Positions 55,225-64,000 of a DNA stretch of 64,000 nt are shown here, in pieces (position 1 is the first letter of the stretch; every line of letters starts with the position of its first letter). The DNA is from a virus. The position numbers and the translations under genes are program-made. The notes below the pieces were generated by a model. The model did not search any database. It saw only the letters and a program-made list of their open reading frames with translations, and was not told the origin of the DNA. The stretch lies in the IMG/VR virus record IMGVR_UViG_3300025699_000004. One strand, written 5' to 3'.

Positions 55225-57017
55225 TAGTATTGCCTCCCATTACCATGTCCAGAATCATAATATGTCAAGGGCTCATTTAAGAAAGCACAGTCTGTAATAG
55301 AGAGGCTTCTGAGCCAATACTCTTTATCCTGACCCTTCTTGAAAGAAATAGACTCGTTTAATAAACCTATCTTTTCGACAATACTCTTGGATAATACTAC
55401 AGAAGATCCTATTATAAAATTATGATCTAATATATTTGATTTATTGAAAAAAACAGGAAAGGACACTTCGATGTTTGATATTTTTTTCATTCTCTTGGAT
55501 ATTCCTCCTTGGTATAAGTTATATTTTTTCGACAAATCAAAGAGCCCTTTGCCCATAAAAGCTTCTGTGCAACTCATCTCGCTTCTAGTAGCATCCATTA
55601 ATTTTATCTGTTTCTTTATTTTTGTGGGGTACCATGCGTCGTCGTCATCACAAAAAGCTATGTAGCTTCCTTTCGCAATTGAAATGCCATAATTATATAC
55701 ATGAGACCTGCAGGTGAATCCGCAAATTTCTTTAGAATTTTTAGGCAAATCTATCCAAATCACTCCATTTAGCCTACTCTTGTAATCTTGATCGGTTGAT
55801 CCATCATTAACCACAATGATTTCAATATTGGGATAATCTTGAGACTTTATGCTTTCCACCGCTTTTTCCAAAAAAGTCCATCTATTGTAAGTACCAACAA
55901 TAACCGACACCATTGGCAAGTCGCCTGTATTTTTTGTGCCTTTTATTTTTTCAAAAGATTCAATTCTTTCGTTTCGAAAAGGTAGTGAGCATTGATCAAA
56001 GTATTTTTCTTTTAAACTTTTTTTATCAGTTAAAGGGCCATGGTTACCAAGTCCAATAAAATTATGAGTTGATTCGTATTTGTTTTTGTAAATCACAAAA
56101 GCCTCAGAGTCTTTTTCTATCTGCTCTAATTTTACATTTTTCAATTGAGAAAAAAGTTTTAAAGCTATTTTTTGAGAGTGAGATTTATAAGGCATTACTA
56201 TCTTTTTGCCTATGTTTAATAATTTATCCACGAGGCCTTTGGCTATTAAGTAGTCATTAGGGCCAAGGTGAGGCATTAAAAATAAACTATCACTAGATAA
56301 ATCATTACTTTCTGAATCAAAAGCCATCTTGAAAGGAGAGATCCTCTCTCCAACAAAGGATCCGAAACTAAATTTTTCGTGCTCAGGGAAAGGTACTGAA
56401 TAAGAATAATTGCTGTTTTTCGGATTACTATGGTGATCTATGCAGGAATCTTCAAACAAAGATAGGACATGCTTGTTTAAAAAGATTTGATCATCATGGT
56501 ATCTGAAATTATAATTTTTCTTACGAGTAAATATATCTATAGATTCGGACATATTAAAATCAACTGGTAGTTTCAACCCCCACATCCCGCCCATCACTGC
56601 TGAGAAATGACCGCCCTTAAAATCAGCATCGTGCATTGTGTGCATTTTGCACCTAGAACCCAGCCACTCTTCTACGGCTTTCGCTTCCCTTGGGTTAACT
56701 AAAGAATCAGTATCTCTTGATATGAAAACATCTACATCGGGATCGTCTGCTGTTAAAAACCTCCAGAACATTGGGGGGATTTTTGAGTCAACAACTAATA
56801 TTTCACAATCTTTTTCGCATAAAGAAGATAAGTCTTTTAAGTCTTGACTGCAATAAAATCGACAAATCCAATCTGGGTAATATTTTTTGGCAACATCTAC
56901 ATTTTTTATAGCTCCAAGAAGATATTTTGAATCTTCGCCATAAACAGAAAAACTAATTATCTTTTTTTTAGTTTCTTTTTTTACCGACTTTACTATATAT
57001 TTTACATAATCATTCAT
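55224..57017 (-). CDS. multidomain glycosyltransferase (GT-A-like N-domain plus GT2 C-domain)
   Basis: KIISFSVYG...MFWRF...SRDTDS; C-terminal VSVIVGTYNR, VVNDGSTD, AFCDDDDAW. Confidence 0.8.
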   Translation of the reverse strand: MNDYVKYIVKSVKKETKKKIISFSVYGEDSKYLLGAIKNVDVAKKYYPDWICRFYCSQDLKDLSSLCEKDCEILVVDSKIPPMFWRFLTADDPDVDVFISRDTDSLVNPREAKAVEEWLGSRCKMHTMHDADFKGGHFSAVMGGMWGLKLPVDFNMSESIDIFTRKKNYNFRYHDDQIFLNKHVLSLFEDSCIDHHSNPKNSNYSYSVPFPEHEKFSFGSFVGERISPFKMAFDSESNDLSSDSLFLMPHLGPNDYLIAKGLVDKLLNIGKKIVMPYKSHSQKIALKLFSQLKNVKLEQIEKDSEAFVIYKNKYESTHNFIGLGNHGPLTDKKSLKEKYFDQCSLPFRNERIESFEKIKGTKNTGDLPMVSVIVGTYNRWTFLEKAVESIKSQDYPNIEIIVVNDGSTDQDYKSRLNGVIWIDLPKNSKEICGFTCRSHVYNYGISIAKGSYIAFCDDDDAWYPTKIKKQIKLMDATRSEMSCTEAFMGKGLFDLSKKYNLYQGGISKRMKKISNIEVSFPVFFNKSNILDHNFIIGSSVVLSKSIVEKIGLLNESISFKKGQDKEYWLRSLSITDCAFLNEPLTYYDSGHGNGRQY

Positions 57018-58063
57018 TAGTCAGGAATAATTATTTCATCACACTCTTCTCCTTTTAAGATCAACCAATGAGGATTATTATTATTAATAAATTCAAATTT
57101 AGTCTCTTGCCCTGAACCTTTTGACCCAGAATATATATTTCTTTCTGTTAAAATCGGGGAGTAAATGTTTTTTTGATTCCCTAATAAACAAGCCCACCAA
57201 CTGAATGAGGAATTAGCTCTAAACACAGATCTAGCGAAGTAAATCCTAAGGAAGTCTGGCAGCCAATCAAAAACCACATCAGGAATCACTTCTGAGCCTT
57301 CTGGGTAACGCCAAGAACCCCTTCTTGAGAACCAGTCGTTGTCACTTGGCTTACCCACTCCCCAGTTTCCAGTCCAGTCATCTGTAGTCCACTCTATTGA
57401 TTCTGGATCATATCCATACTTCTTAAATGCATCTTCGTAAGATTTTTTTGAAATAACAGAATACCCATAATTAGTCTCATATTTTATTGAAGAAATGTCA
57501 TCTCTTCTTAAATGAGCTATGTCATATTTACCCTGCCTTTCTTCTAATCTTTTGTATATGTCTAGAGATTTTATTTCATCGCTAAATTCAAACAATTCGT
57601 TCTTTAAGAAATTTTTAGATAGACCTTCAAATATACATTTATGATAACAGCATATTGAATCATACCAAACATTTTTGCGTTTATTCCACACCTCTTTTTT
57701 GTCCGAGGGGTTTAAATAGGTTATGTTCTTCCCATGCTTCTTTGAATATGAAGATATAGCCTCACTTCTGTGTTGGAAATTTTGAGTTTGCTTGCTTGTT
57801 TGATTCAAAAACAGCCTAAGGTCGCCATCGTTCGAAACTATATGAGGTTGATTTTTGAATAAGCTAGAGCCCTCCCAGTCAGACGGCAATACTAATTGTA
57901 AGTTATTCTTCTTTGCGTAGCTGGCTCCATAGGCATATTGATGCATACGATTTCCAAATCTACCCTCCCACTTAGATAGAATGATCTCGCTTTTATTTAC
58001 TTTTCCAGCTTTTGTTTGTTTTTGTGGGGCTCTTTTATTTTTAACTATCTTCTTTGAACTCAT
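57017..58063 (-). CDS. GT11-like alpha-1,2-fucosyltransferase
   Basis: GRFGNRMHQYA, HLRRDD, NSSFSWWA. Confidence 0.7.
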   Translation of the reverse strand: MSSKKIVKNKRAPQKQTKAGKVNKSEIILSKWEGRFGNRMHQYAYGASYAKKNNLQLVLPSDWEGSSLFKNQPHIVSNDGDLRLFLNQTSKQTQNFQHRSEAISSYSKKHGKNITYLNPSDKKEVWNKRKNVWYDSICCYHKCIFEGLSKNFLKNELFEFSDEIKSLDIYKRLEERQGKYDIAHLRRDDISSIKYETNYGYSVISKKSYEDAFKKYGYDPESIEWTTDDWTGNWGVGKPSDNDWFSRRGSWRYPEGSEVIPDVVFDWLPDFLRIYFARSVFRANSSFSWWACLLGNQKNIYSPILTERNIYSGSKGSGQETKFEFINNNNPHWLILKGEECDEIIIPD

Positions 58064-58064
58064 T

Positions 58065-59147
58065 TTAAAAATTCGATTTAATATATGATAAAATAAAATC
58101 TTTAAATTTCACATTTTTTTCTATAAATTCTGTAAGCTTAGCTTCTCCTTGGATTTTTTCTGGGCAATCGATTTTTTTATCTTTACATTTGTCTACAATT
58201 TCTTTATCGAAAGAAATCCACGCCCCTTTTTGATCTATATAGCCCCAAAGTTTCATCATATCTATTATCTCTTTTTCCACCCAAACACTGTTTCCTAATG
58301 TTTGGCCGTACCTAATTGGATATCTAACTATAGCACCTGTTTTTTCATTAATACTTTTTCTAAAAGCTATTTTACAAAAGTGGCCAATTGGATTGCCTTT
58401 ATCTTCGATCCTGGAAGCGCTAGCATTAGGATATATGACATCAGTGGAATACCTTTCTTGGAACTCCAAGATAAAGTTGGAGTAATGTTTTACGGCATTA
58501 CCTCCCGCTTGCTTGGCTTTAGGTCCACCTCTGGATGCATATGGATTTGAGGAAACTTCAACTCTTACTTGAGAAGTTAATATCATCGTGTGTCCCATTT
58601 TTGTAATAGGCAGAACCATCTTTTTTAAAAATACTGAAGTTACTAGAGCTCCGCCTGCTACCTGTTCGCTTTCCTCGAACGGCTTGTTTACATCGTTTAA
58701 TCTGCATAGAGCGTCAACGCTATCTATTACAAAAAAATATTTCTTACCCTCGCTATTTTCAGAAACCAGCATTCGAATTAATTCAAAAACTTTTTCAAAC
58801 ACATTGCAATCAAATCTAAAAAACGACTCTGGGTCAGTATTTATCCCGCTTCTTTTTAATATTTCTGGAGACAATCTACCTTCAGCTCTTACATAGATAA
58901 CCATACCCCTTTTCTTGAAATGTTTTTGGAAGTTTCTAGCAAACGCTAAGGCGCAGCTAGTTTTTCCGCCCTCATTTATCCCTGTGAATCTATGAGCTCC
59001 AGAAGGTAGACCTCCATCCAAGGCTAAATCTAAATTTATACTCCCTGAAGAAATTTTATACTCCTCCTCTTCGTAATTATTATAATGGAAATCTTTATTT
59101 TTTTTGTCTTCTAGGAAGCTCGTTATTTTTTGTAATGTATCACTCAT
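58065..59147 (-). CDS. recA: RecA/UvsX-like recombinase
   Basis: ISSGSINLDLALDGGLP, GINEGGKT, VIDSVDAL, TSQVR, GGNAVKHY. Confidence 0.88.
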   Translation of the reverse strand: MSDTLQKITSFLEDKKNKDFHYNNYEEEEYKISSGSINLDLALDGGLPSGAHRFTGINEGGKTSCALAFARNFQKHFKKRGMVIYVRAEGRLSPEILKRSGINTDPESFFRFDCNVFEKVFELIRMLVSENSEGKKYFFVIDSVDALCRLNDVNKPFEESEQVAGGALVTSVFLKKMVLPITKMGHTMILTSQVRVEVSSNPYASRGGPKAKQAGGNAVKHYSNFILEFQERYSTDVIYPNASASRIEDKGNPIGHFCKIAFRKSINEKTGAIVRYPIRYGQTLGNSVWVEKEIIDMMKLWGYIDQKGAWISFDKEIVDKCKDKKIDCPEKIQGEAKLTEFIEKNVKFKDFILSYIKSNF

Positions 59148-59478
59148 CTTTTAAAAAGTCTCTTATTGTTTTAGGTTTCTTGTTTATAATTTTATCTTCT
59201 CCCACTTTATCTCCCAACTTTATCTCTTCCTTCTCTGGTATTATATAGTTAAAGTCTAAATATTTATTTTTTAGGAAGGTTTTTCCCCAGTCTCCCCTTA
59301 AGGCTAATAGGCTATCATACTTTTTAGGTAATTTTATCTTATTCCAAAAGTTTAAATCTGGAAATTTTTCAATAAGCTCCATTAAGAATTTAGTTTCTTT
59401 TGCCCAAAAAGCTCTTTTGTTAAGCTTTGGAACAATAAGTAATCTTTCTATTATTTTTTTTCTTTCTGTAGGTTTCAA
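59140..59478 (-). CDS. hypothetical protein
   Basis: Start moved to TTG 59478 (MKPTERKK), just below promoter. Confidence 0.55.
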   Translation of the reverse strand: MKPTERKKIIERLLIVPKLNKRAFWAKETKFLMELIEKFPDLNFWNKIKLPKKYDSLLALRGDWGKTFLKNKYLDFNYIIPEKEEIKLGDKVGEDKIINKKPKTIRDFLKDE

Positions 59479-59485
59479 TTCGCTT

Positions 59486-59514
59486 ATTATCTCATTTTTT
59501 TTCAAGAAAGTCAA
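59486..59514 (-). promoter_or_regulatory. sigma70-type promoter
   Basis: TTGACT-17 nt-GATAAT with TGn. Confidence 0.6.
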
Positions 59515-60953
59515 GAACAAAGTCTTACGAATTTAGAGCTAGTGGGGTCGTAAGCTAAAATCTTTTCATACAGATGCAAGTTTTGACCATTGTTAGCTAT
59601 TGATTTATGTTTTAAAATGTCTTGTTCTGAGATGGACTTGTTTTGATTATGAAGCCAGTCAAAACCTCTGTCTTTAAGCTCTTGAGGGATATTCTTTATA
59701 GATTCTTCTTTTTTATTTTTTATAGCTTCATTGTAATCTGAGTGAGGGAAATTAAAAACCCCCTCTGGGAAAATTAATTTGGATCTTTCTAACAAGTCTG
59801 TGTCTTGATAAGCCATGTTGTATAAAGACTCATTGTAGCCGCCTAGTTCATAGAAAAATTCTCTCCTAACACCTACTCTCCCATAGTTTCCGCTAAACCA
59901 CTCTCTTCTGCACCATTGATGAATTAATTTTATATTTTGATCTTTAAATATATTAATTAATTTATCGCCACCTCTAATTCCTGTGAAATTATCACAGTCC
60001 AAATTAACTAAAACCTCGCCTTCTCCAAGAAGATGGCAAGTATTCTTGCATATAGAAGCATGCCAATATGGGAAGTTAGTAATTTTAAAAAATTTTAAAA
60101 AACCTGAAGATAAGTAATTCTGGCAATTTTCAATGACCCATTCCGAGCAACCATCATTAGAATCGAAATCGACTAATATGAATTCTATATCTTTAGAGTT
60201 CTCTAGGTTTGATTCTAAGTTTTCGAATAATGTTTTCTTTAATTGACTGAGCCTATTCTTCACCCCTGTACAAAAACTTATTTTTTTAAGCCCGTTGTTT
60301 AGTTTGTTTTTGTATAGAAAATAATTTTTTCTTTCTAAGTGTTTTTTTGCTGGAGAATGATATAAGTGAAGTGCCGTAAAATTAAATACATCAGGTTCGT
60401 GACCTCGCAATTGATTATTTACGAAATCGAGATCTTCCCATCCCCATCCCTCGAAAGACTCATCAAACCCCCCTTTTTCTTCAAGAAGGCGTTTGGATAT
60501 TAATATCGCATGCTTTCCCCAAAAAGAGCAGCGATTACTATCGGCTAAATCTTCAGGCTCCAATTCCAATTTTAAAAATTTTTCTGTTAAATTCGAATTC
60601 AATAAAAATGTTGTGTCGAAAGGTTTTGCCAACTCTCCTTTATAGGATTTTAAAGCCTCTAAGATTTCGTCGAAATTTAAAAAAACATCAGCATCTAAAA
60701 ATAATATATAATCACAGTCAATATCTTCGCATGCTATATTGTATAATCTCGATTTATTAAAATCTTTTTTTGCTGGAACTTGAATTGTTCTGATGTTTTC
60801 TTGTTGAAATTCAGAAACAACATTGTCTTCAGTTTCTTCGCAAATTATAACATCAAGAGATTGCCCCGAGAGACAGTCCTTTAAGAACGATAAGTTTCTT
60901 AATCTATACTCGCAGGAATTTTTAAATGCTATTACGACACAAAGATGCTTCAC
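59511..60953 (-). CDS. tandem two-domain GT2/GT7-like glycosyltransferase
   Basis: LFLDAD...GGFDESFEGWGWEDLDF; second domain VNLDCD...GGYNE...YQDTDL. Confidence 0.8.
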   Translation of the reverse strand: MKHLCVVIAFKNSCEYRLRNLSFLKDCLSGQSLDVIICEETEDNVVSEFQQENIRTIQVPAKKDFNKSRLYNIACEDIDCDYILFLDADVFLNFDEILEALKSYKGELAKPFDTTFLLNSNLTEKFLKLELEPEDLADSNRCSFWGKHAILISKRLLEEKGGFDESFEGWGWEDLDFVNNQLRGHEPDVFNFTALHLYHSPAKKHLERKNYFLYKNKLNNGLKKISFCTGVKNRLSQLKKTLFENLESNLENSKDIEFILVDFDSNDGCSEWVIENCQNYLSSGFLKFFKITNFPYWHASICKNTCHLLGEGEVLVNLDCDNFTGIRGGDKLINIFKDQNIKLIHQWCRREWFSGNYGRVGVRREFFYELGGYNESLYNMAYQDTDLLERSKLIFPEGVFNFPHSDYNEAIKNKKEESIKNIPQELKDRGFDWLHNQNKSISEQDILKHKSIANNGQNLHLYEKILAYDPTSSKFVRLCS

Positions 60954-60989
60954 TTATCTATCATACTTAAAAAAGAAATCAATTCAAAT

Positions 60990-63900
60990 TTATTCTGAAA
61001 TCGTGGGTGTCGGGATAGGTATATCTAGTAATTCTAAATTAACAGGCTTCGCCGAGCTTTCGAAAGAGGCCTGAGATTCATCGGAGCTTGGGTATATTGT
61101 AGGAGTAGGAGGGTTGCAGCACTCATTTATGTCTGTAACTGGAATAACTTGATCTGGACTAAGCTCTATAAGCACTGAATTATTATATGCTTTTTTATTC
61201 TTGAACTGAAAATTGTCTTTTTTGAATTGAACTCCAAAATTGTTGACTTTCTTGCTTCCCTCGTTTAGATAGCATTGTCCGTCATAATCTATTATAGCAG
61301 GTAAGTCGCTAGCATCCTGAGAGGAAGGAACTTTTACGTGTATAGTCTCACCCCCCAGGCATCTTTCTTCCTCTTCCCCTAGGGCGTGAAATAAATTATT
61401 ATCTCTTGCGAACAGACTGGAGCTAGAGGCATTGCTTTGGTTTTGAGAGGATGGACTTAGAGCTACAACTGCTCCTTGGGGGCACAATTGATTGTTCCAC
61501 AAACTGGGTACGGTAATTTCCCTGCTCTTTAGCCCCATAAATTTTCCTCCCGCTTGTTTTTTCATTACTCCTGAGTAAATGCAAGGAGCATCACCCATGC
61601 CTAGGAAATAAAGTTCATCTCTTGGATGAGGGACATCAAGAGTCCCTTTGAAGTTTTTATCCACCCTAACAACATTAGTTGGGTGTTTTGCTGGTCGAAA
61701 TATTGCGTTGGGAGGTGGGTTGACGTCTTTTATTATTGTTTGGAGAAAAGGATGAGGCCTTACTTTTTGACGCATGTGAGCTGGAGCTCCATTTGGAAAA
61801 TTTAAAAGGGCGGCGACTTTTAGGTTTTCAAAAGGCCCGATTTCGACAGAAGGATTAGGGCCGCAAATATAAGTAATTGTCGTCTTCCAGCATCCGACTT
61901 GTCCTCCGACTAAAGTTCCTCCTCTGGGCGCCTTATCCAGCCTTATTATAACTCCATTTTCTGTTTGGAGTCGATATATAACTTCTATTCCACATGTAGA
62001 TTCTAAAAGTGGGCATCTTGGAGATGGATCTTTAGACCTCCAGCCTCTTGTTGTTACCCATTCTCCCGCAACTTTAAATGCAGGATTGCCCCCTTTAGGG
62101 CTAAAGTTTAACTCTTTAGTCTGTGGGTTAGGTATTTTTACCCAACATGAATCAGGGGTACCAGGCGCCCCCCTTCCGTTTTCATTAGGTCCATATATAT
62201 CATCCTTGCAGTAATGATCAGGCATCTCTTCGGAGCAATATTTACTAAAGCAATCTCTAGCTTGAATTTTCACCTTTACCCATTTGTTGAGCCTAGCGCT
62301 AAAGCGCTTGCCTCCGTCCCACACTGAAGTAGATAGAGATGTTATGTTCATTCCATTGCGGGCGGCAACTTCACAAGCAGCTATGTATGTACGTACTCGC
62401 CTTCCATTAATGTATTTGGGAGGGTTTGGCCCAATAACGGTAGGGTTATCTCTTGGATCCCCTCTAAATCCGCAATCTATTGGCATAGGGCACATATTTA
62501 AATTACCCGCTGTTCTCAAGTTGCTTCTTAGCCCTTTGATTCTTGGAACATCCTCAAAATTAACACCAATTCCTGCTCTAAATAATTGCACACAATCTGT
62601 GTTCGCTACCCCATTAACAATCACTGGATCGGGATTCTTTGAGCCGAAAGTTCCGCATCCAGATTTGCTGCCGAGGTAAGGGTGCTTTACGCATCTCCCT
62701 CGATAGAGGCAAGATTTGACAGTAAACTGCCTTCCCGTTTCCTGAGGTCCGCAACCCAAAACTTCGTCCTCTACTGGATTAAATAATTGAGTAAAAACCC
62801 TTCCTTCGCAATAGCCGTTATCTGGTATTATTGGTATGCAATTTTTTCCACACTGAGCTATTACGGGGTTTCTTCCATCTGTAGCTTGAGCTTGTCTCCA
62901 TCCTCCCCCGCCCATCGCCCACCACCAATACCATGTTTTATTATGAACTAAAATATTGTTTGCAAGGAAATTATTTTTTGAAGAAAGCTCTAAAGTGAAA
63001 ATAGACCTCTCTCTCTTATCTAACCTTTCAATAGAAATGATTGCAAACTCCTCCCATTCTCCATCACCCTCTTTAAATACGCAAAAATCATTGACTTCCA
63101 GTTTGGAGAAAGAATGCAAATCCCCTTGATCTCTATATTTAGATTTCGATTTAGATGGGCTTATTGAGCTCCAACCTTTATTCAGTACATAAAACGGATG
63201 ATCCTCTGTTGATTTTACCTTAACTCCTCCTTGAAATGTTATTTCAAAAACACTTTTGCTTTTTGATTTTTTAACCGATTTAACCAAAGTAGTTTCGGTT
63301 TTAGAGAAGTCTTCTTTTAATACAGAATCTTTACTGAAGCATTTTATGCTATCTCCAGATTTAATTTTATCTATCGTCTTTTGAGAAGAATCCGCAAGAG
63401 TTATTAGAGTATCTTTCGTGAGGCAAAGCCTTGGGATCTTAGGGGGCTTTGGGGTGAAAGGTGTGTCAACTGGTTCGGTGAAAGGAGTTTCAGTTTCAGG
63501 GGTTTCAGTTTCTGGAGTTTCAGTTTCTGGAGTCGGACTTGGGGTGAATGGGGACGAAGTAAAAAGAGTGAAAGGAGTATCGGTTACTGGGGTTGAAGTT
63601 GGAGCAATTGTTGGAGTCGGAGTGATCGTTTCTGGAGTCGGATAGGTCGGGGTCCAGGGAGTATTAGTGAAGGTAACGACTGTATGTGTTGGCTCGTGAG
63701 TAGGAGTTACAAAAGTAGGGGTGAAAACAGTGTTGGGCGTATTAGTTATTGTCTCAGGAGTGGGAGTGAAAATAACCTCAGTCAGAGTGATGGTTGGGGT
63801 TAATGTTTCTGGTGTCGGTGTTGCGGTAGGTGTTGGAGTAGGTGTCGGTGTTGGAGTAGGTGTAGCGGTTGGAGTAGGTGTCGGTGTTGGAGTAGGTGTA

Positions 63901-64000
63901 GCGGTTGGAGTAGGTGTCGCTGTAGGAGTCGCTGTAGCGGTTGGTGTCGGTGTCGCTGTAGGAGTCGCTGTAGCGGTTGGAGTAGGTGTCGGTGTTGGAG
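60990..64000 (-). CDS. large Pro/Thr stalk + Hint + Cys-rich protein (N-terminus outside window)
   Basis: Frame of track ORF 60990-63287 stays open to window end (about 1002 visible aa); PT-rich 64000-63430, Hint 63425-62940, Cys-rich 62939-60993. Confidence 0.85.
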   Translation of the reverse strand, partial: PTPTPTPTATATPTATPTPTATATPTATPTPTATPTPTPTPTPTATPTPTPTPTPTPTATPTPETLTPTITLTEVIFTPTPETITNTPNTVFTPTFVTPTHEPTHTVVTFTNTPWTPTYPTPETITPTPTIAPTSTPVTDTPFTLFTSSPFTPSPTPETETPETETPETETPFTEPVDTPFTPKPPKIPRLCLTKDTLITLADSSQKTIDKIKSGDSIKCFSKDSVLKEDFSKTETTLVKSVKKSKSKSVFEITFQGGVKVKSTEDHPFYVLNKGWSSISPSKSKSKYRDQGDLHSFSKLEVNDFCVFKEGDGEWEEFAIISIERLDKRERSIFTLELSSKNNFLANNILVHNKTWYWWWAMGGGGWRQAQATDGRNPVIAQCGKNCIPIIPDNGYCEGRVFTQLFNPVEDEVLGCGPQETGRQFTVKSCLYRGRCVKHPYLGSKSGCGTFGSKNPDPVIVNGVANTDCVQLFRAGIGVNFEDVPRIKGLRSNLRTAGNLNMCPMPIDCGFRGDPRDNPTVIGPNPPKYINGRRVRTYIAACEVAARNGMNITSLSTSVWDGGKRFSARLNKWVKVKIQARDCFSKYCSEEMPDHYCKDDIYGPNENGRGAPGTPDSCWVKIPNPQTKELNFSPKGGNPAFKVAGEWVTTRGWRSKDPSPRCPLLESTCGIEVIYRLQTENGVIIRLDKAPRGGTLVGGQVGCWKTTITYICGPNPSVEIGPFENLKVAALLNFPNGAPAHMRQKVRPHPFLQTIIKDVNPPPNAIFRPAKHPTNVVRVDKNFKGTLDVPHPRDELYFLGMGDAPCIYSGVMKKQAGGKFMGLKSREITVPSLWNNQLCPQGAVVALSPSSQNQSNASSSSLFARDNNLFHALGEEEERCLGGETIHVKVPSSQDASDLPAIIDYDGQCYLNEGSKKVNNFGVQFKKDNFQFKNKKAYNNSVLIELSPDQVIPVTDINECCNPPTPTIYPSSDESQASFESSAKPVNLELLDIPIPTPTISE
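62940..63425 (-). other. Hint (intein-like) autoprocessing domain, 162 aa, no endonuclease
   Basis: Block A CLTKDTLITLADSSQKTIDKIKSGD; block B STEDHPF; block F/G IFTLEL...NFLANNILVHN; +1 residue Lys. Confidence 0.88.
63790..64000. repeat. degenerate 6-bp-period coding repeat (PT/AT dipeptides)
   Basis: ggtgtc/ggagta/gcggtt units; encodes PTPTPTATAT. Confidence 0.85.

Noticed and set aside
61320-61361. Second Hint-like start CLGGETIHV
   Set aside because: No block B TxxH or terminal HN follows; likely coincidence or a relic
1-64000. Alternative genetic code (stop-codon recoding)
   Set aside because: Conserved enzymes are full length under the standard code, with TAA, TGA and TAG all used as stops
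1-64000. tRNA genes
   Set aside because: The only T-arm/CCA signature found belongs to the tmRNA; a tRNAscan-SE run would confirm

Overview
AT-rich, gene-dense segment of a large tailed dsDNA phage, not a cellular chromosome. Almost all genes are on the minus strand; five isolated genes are on the plus strand. Left to right: rIIB/rIIA-like genes; about 12 kb of tiny early-type hypothetical ORFs; UvsE, DUF962 and macrodomain genes; a duplicated cassette with three sigma-factor-like genes; C5-methyltransferase, HNH and pyrophosphatase; an outer-membrane beta-barrel; a PD-(D/E)xK nuclease next to RuvB; tandem paralogues with a swapped central domain; then a replication/recombination block (putative SSB, ClpC-like ATPase, split DnaE, exonuclease, GMP reductase, RecB-like nuclease, DnaG, DnaB, RecA) interleaved with five glycosyltransferase genes and a complete tmRNA. 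The window ends inside a large gene with a Pro/Thr stalk, a Hint domain and a Cys-rich domain. Strongest leads: a tmRNA with a 34-codon acidic tag in a genome with its own IGF-loop Clp ATPase; a second promoter class (GTGTA) that may belong to the phage sigma factors; pervasive predicted leaderless mRNAs; a Cys...His-Asn/Lys Hint domain; and an A_AAA_AAG -1 frameshift candidate. All product calls come from motifs read by eye; no database search was run. The host is probably Gram-negative; PVC superphylum is only a weak guess.
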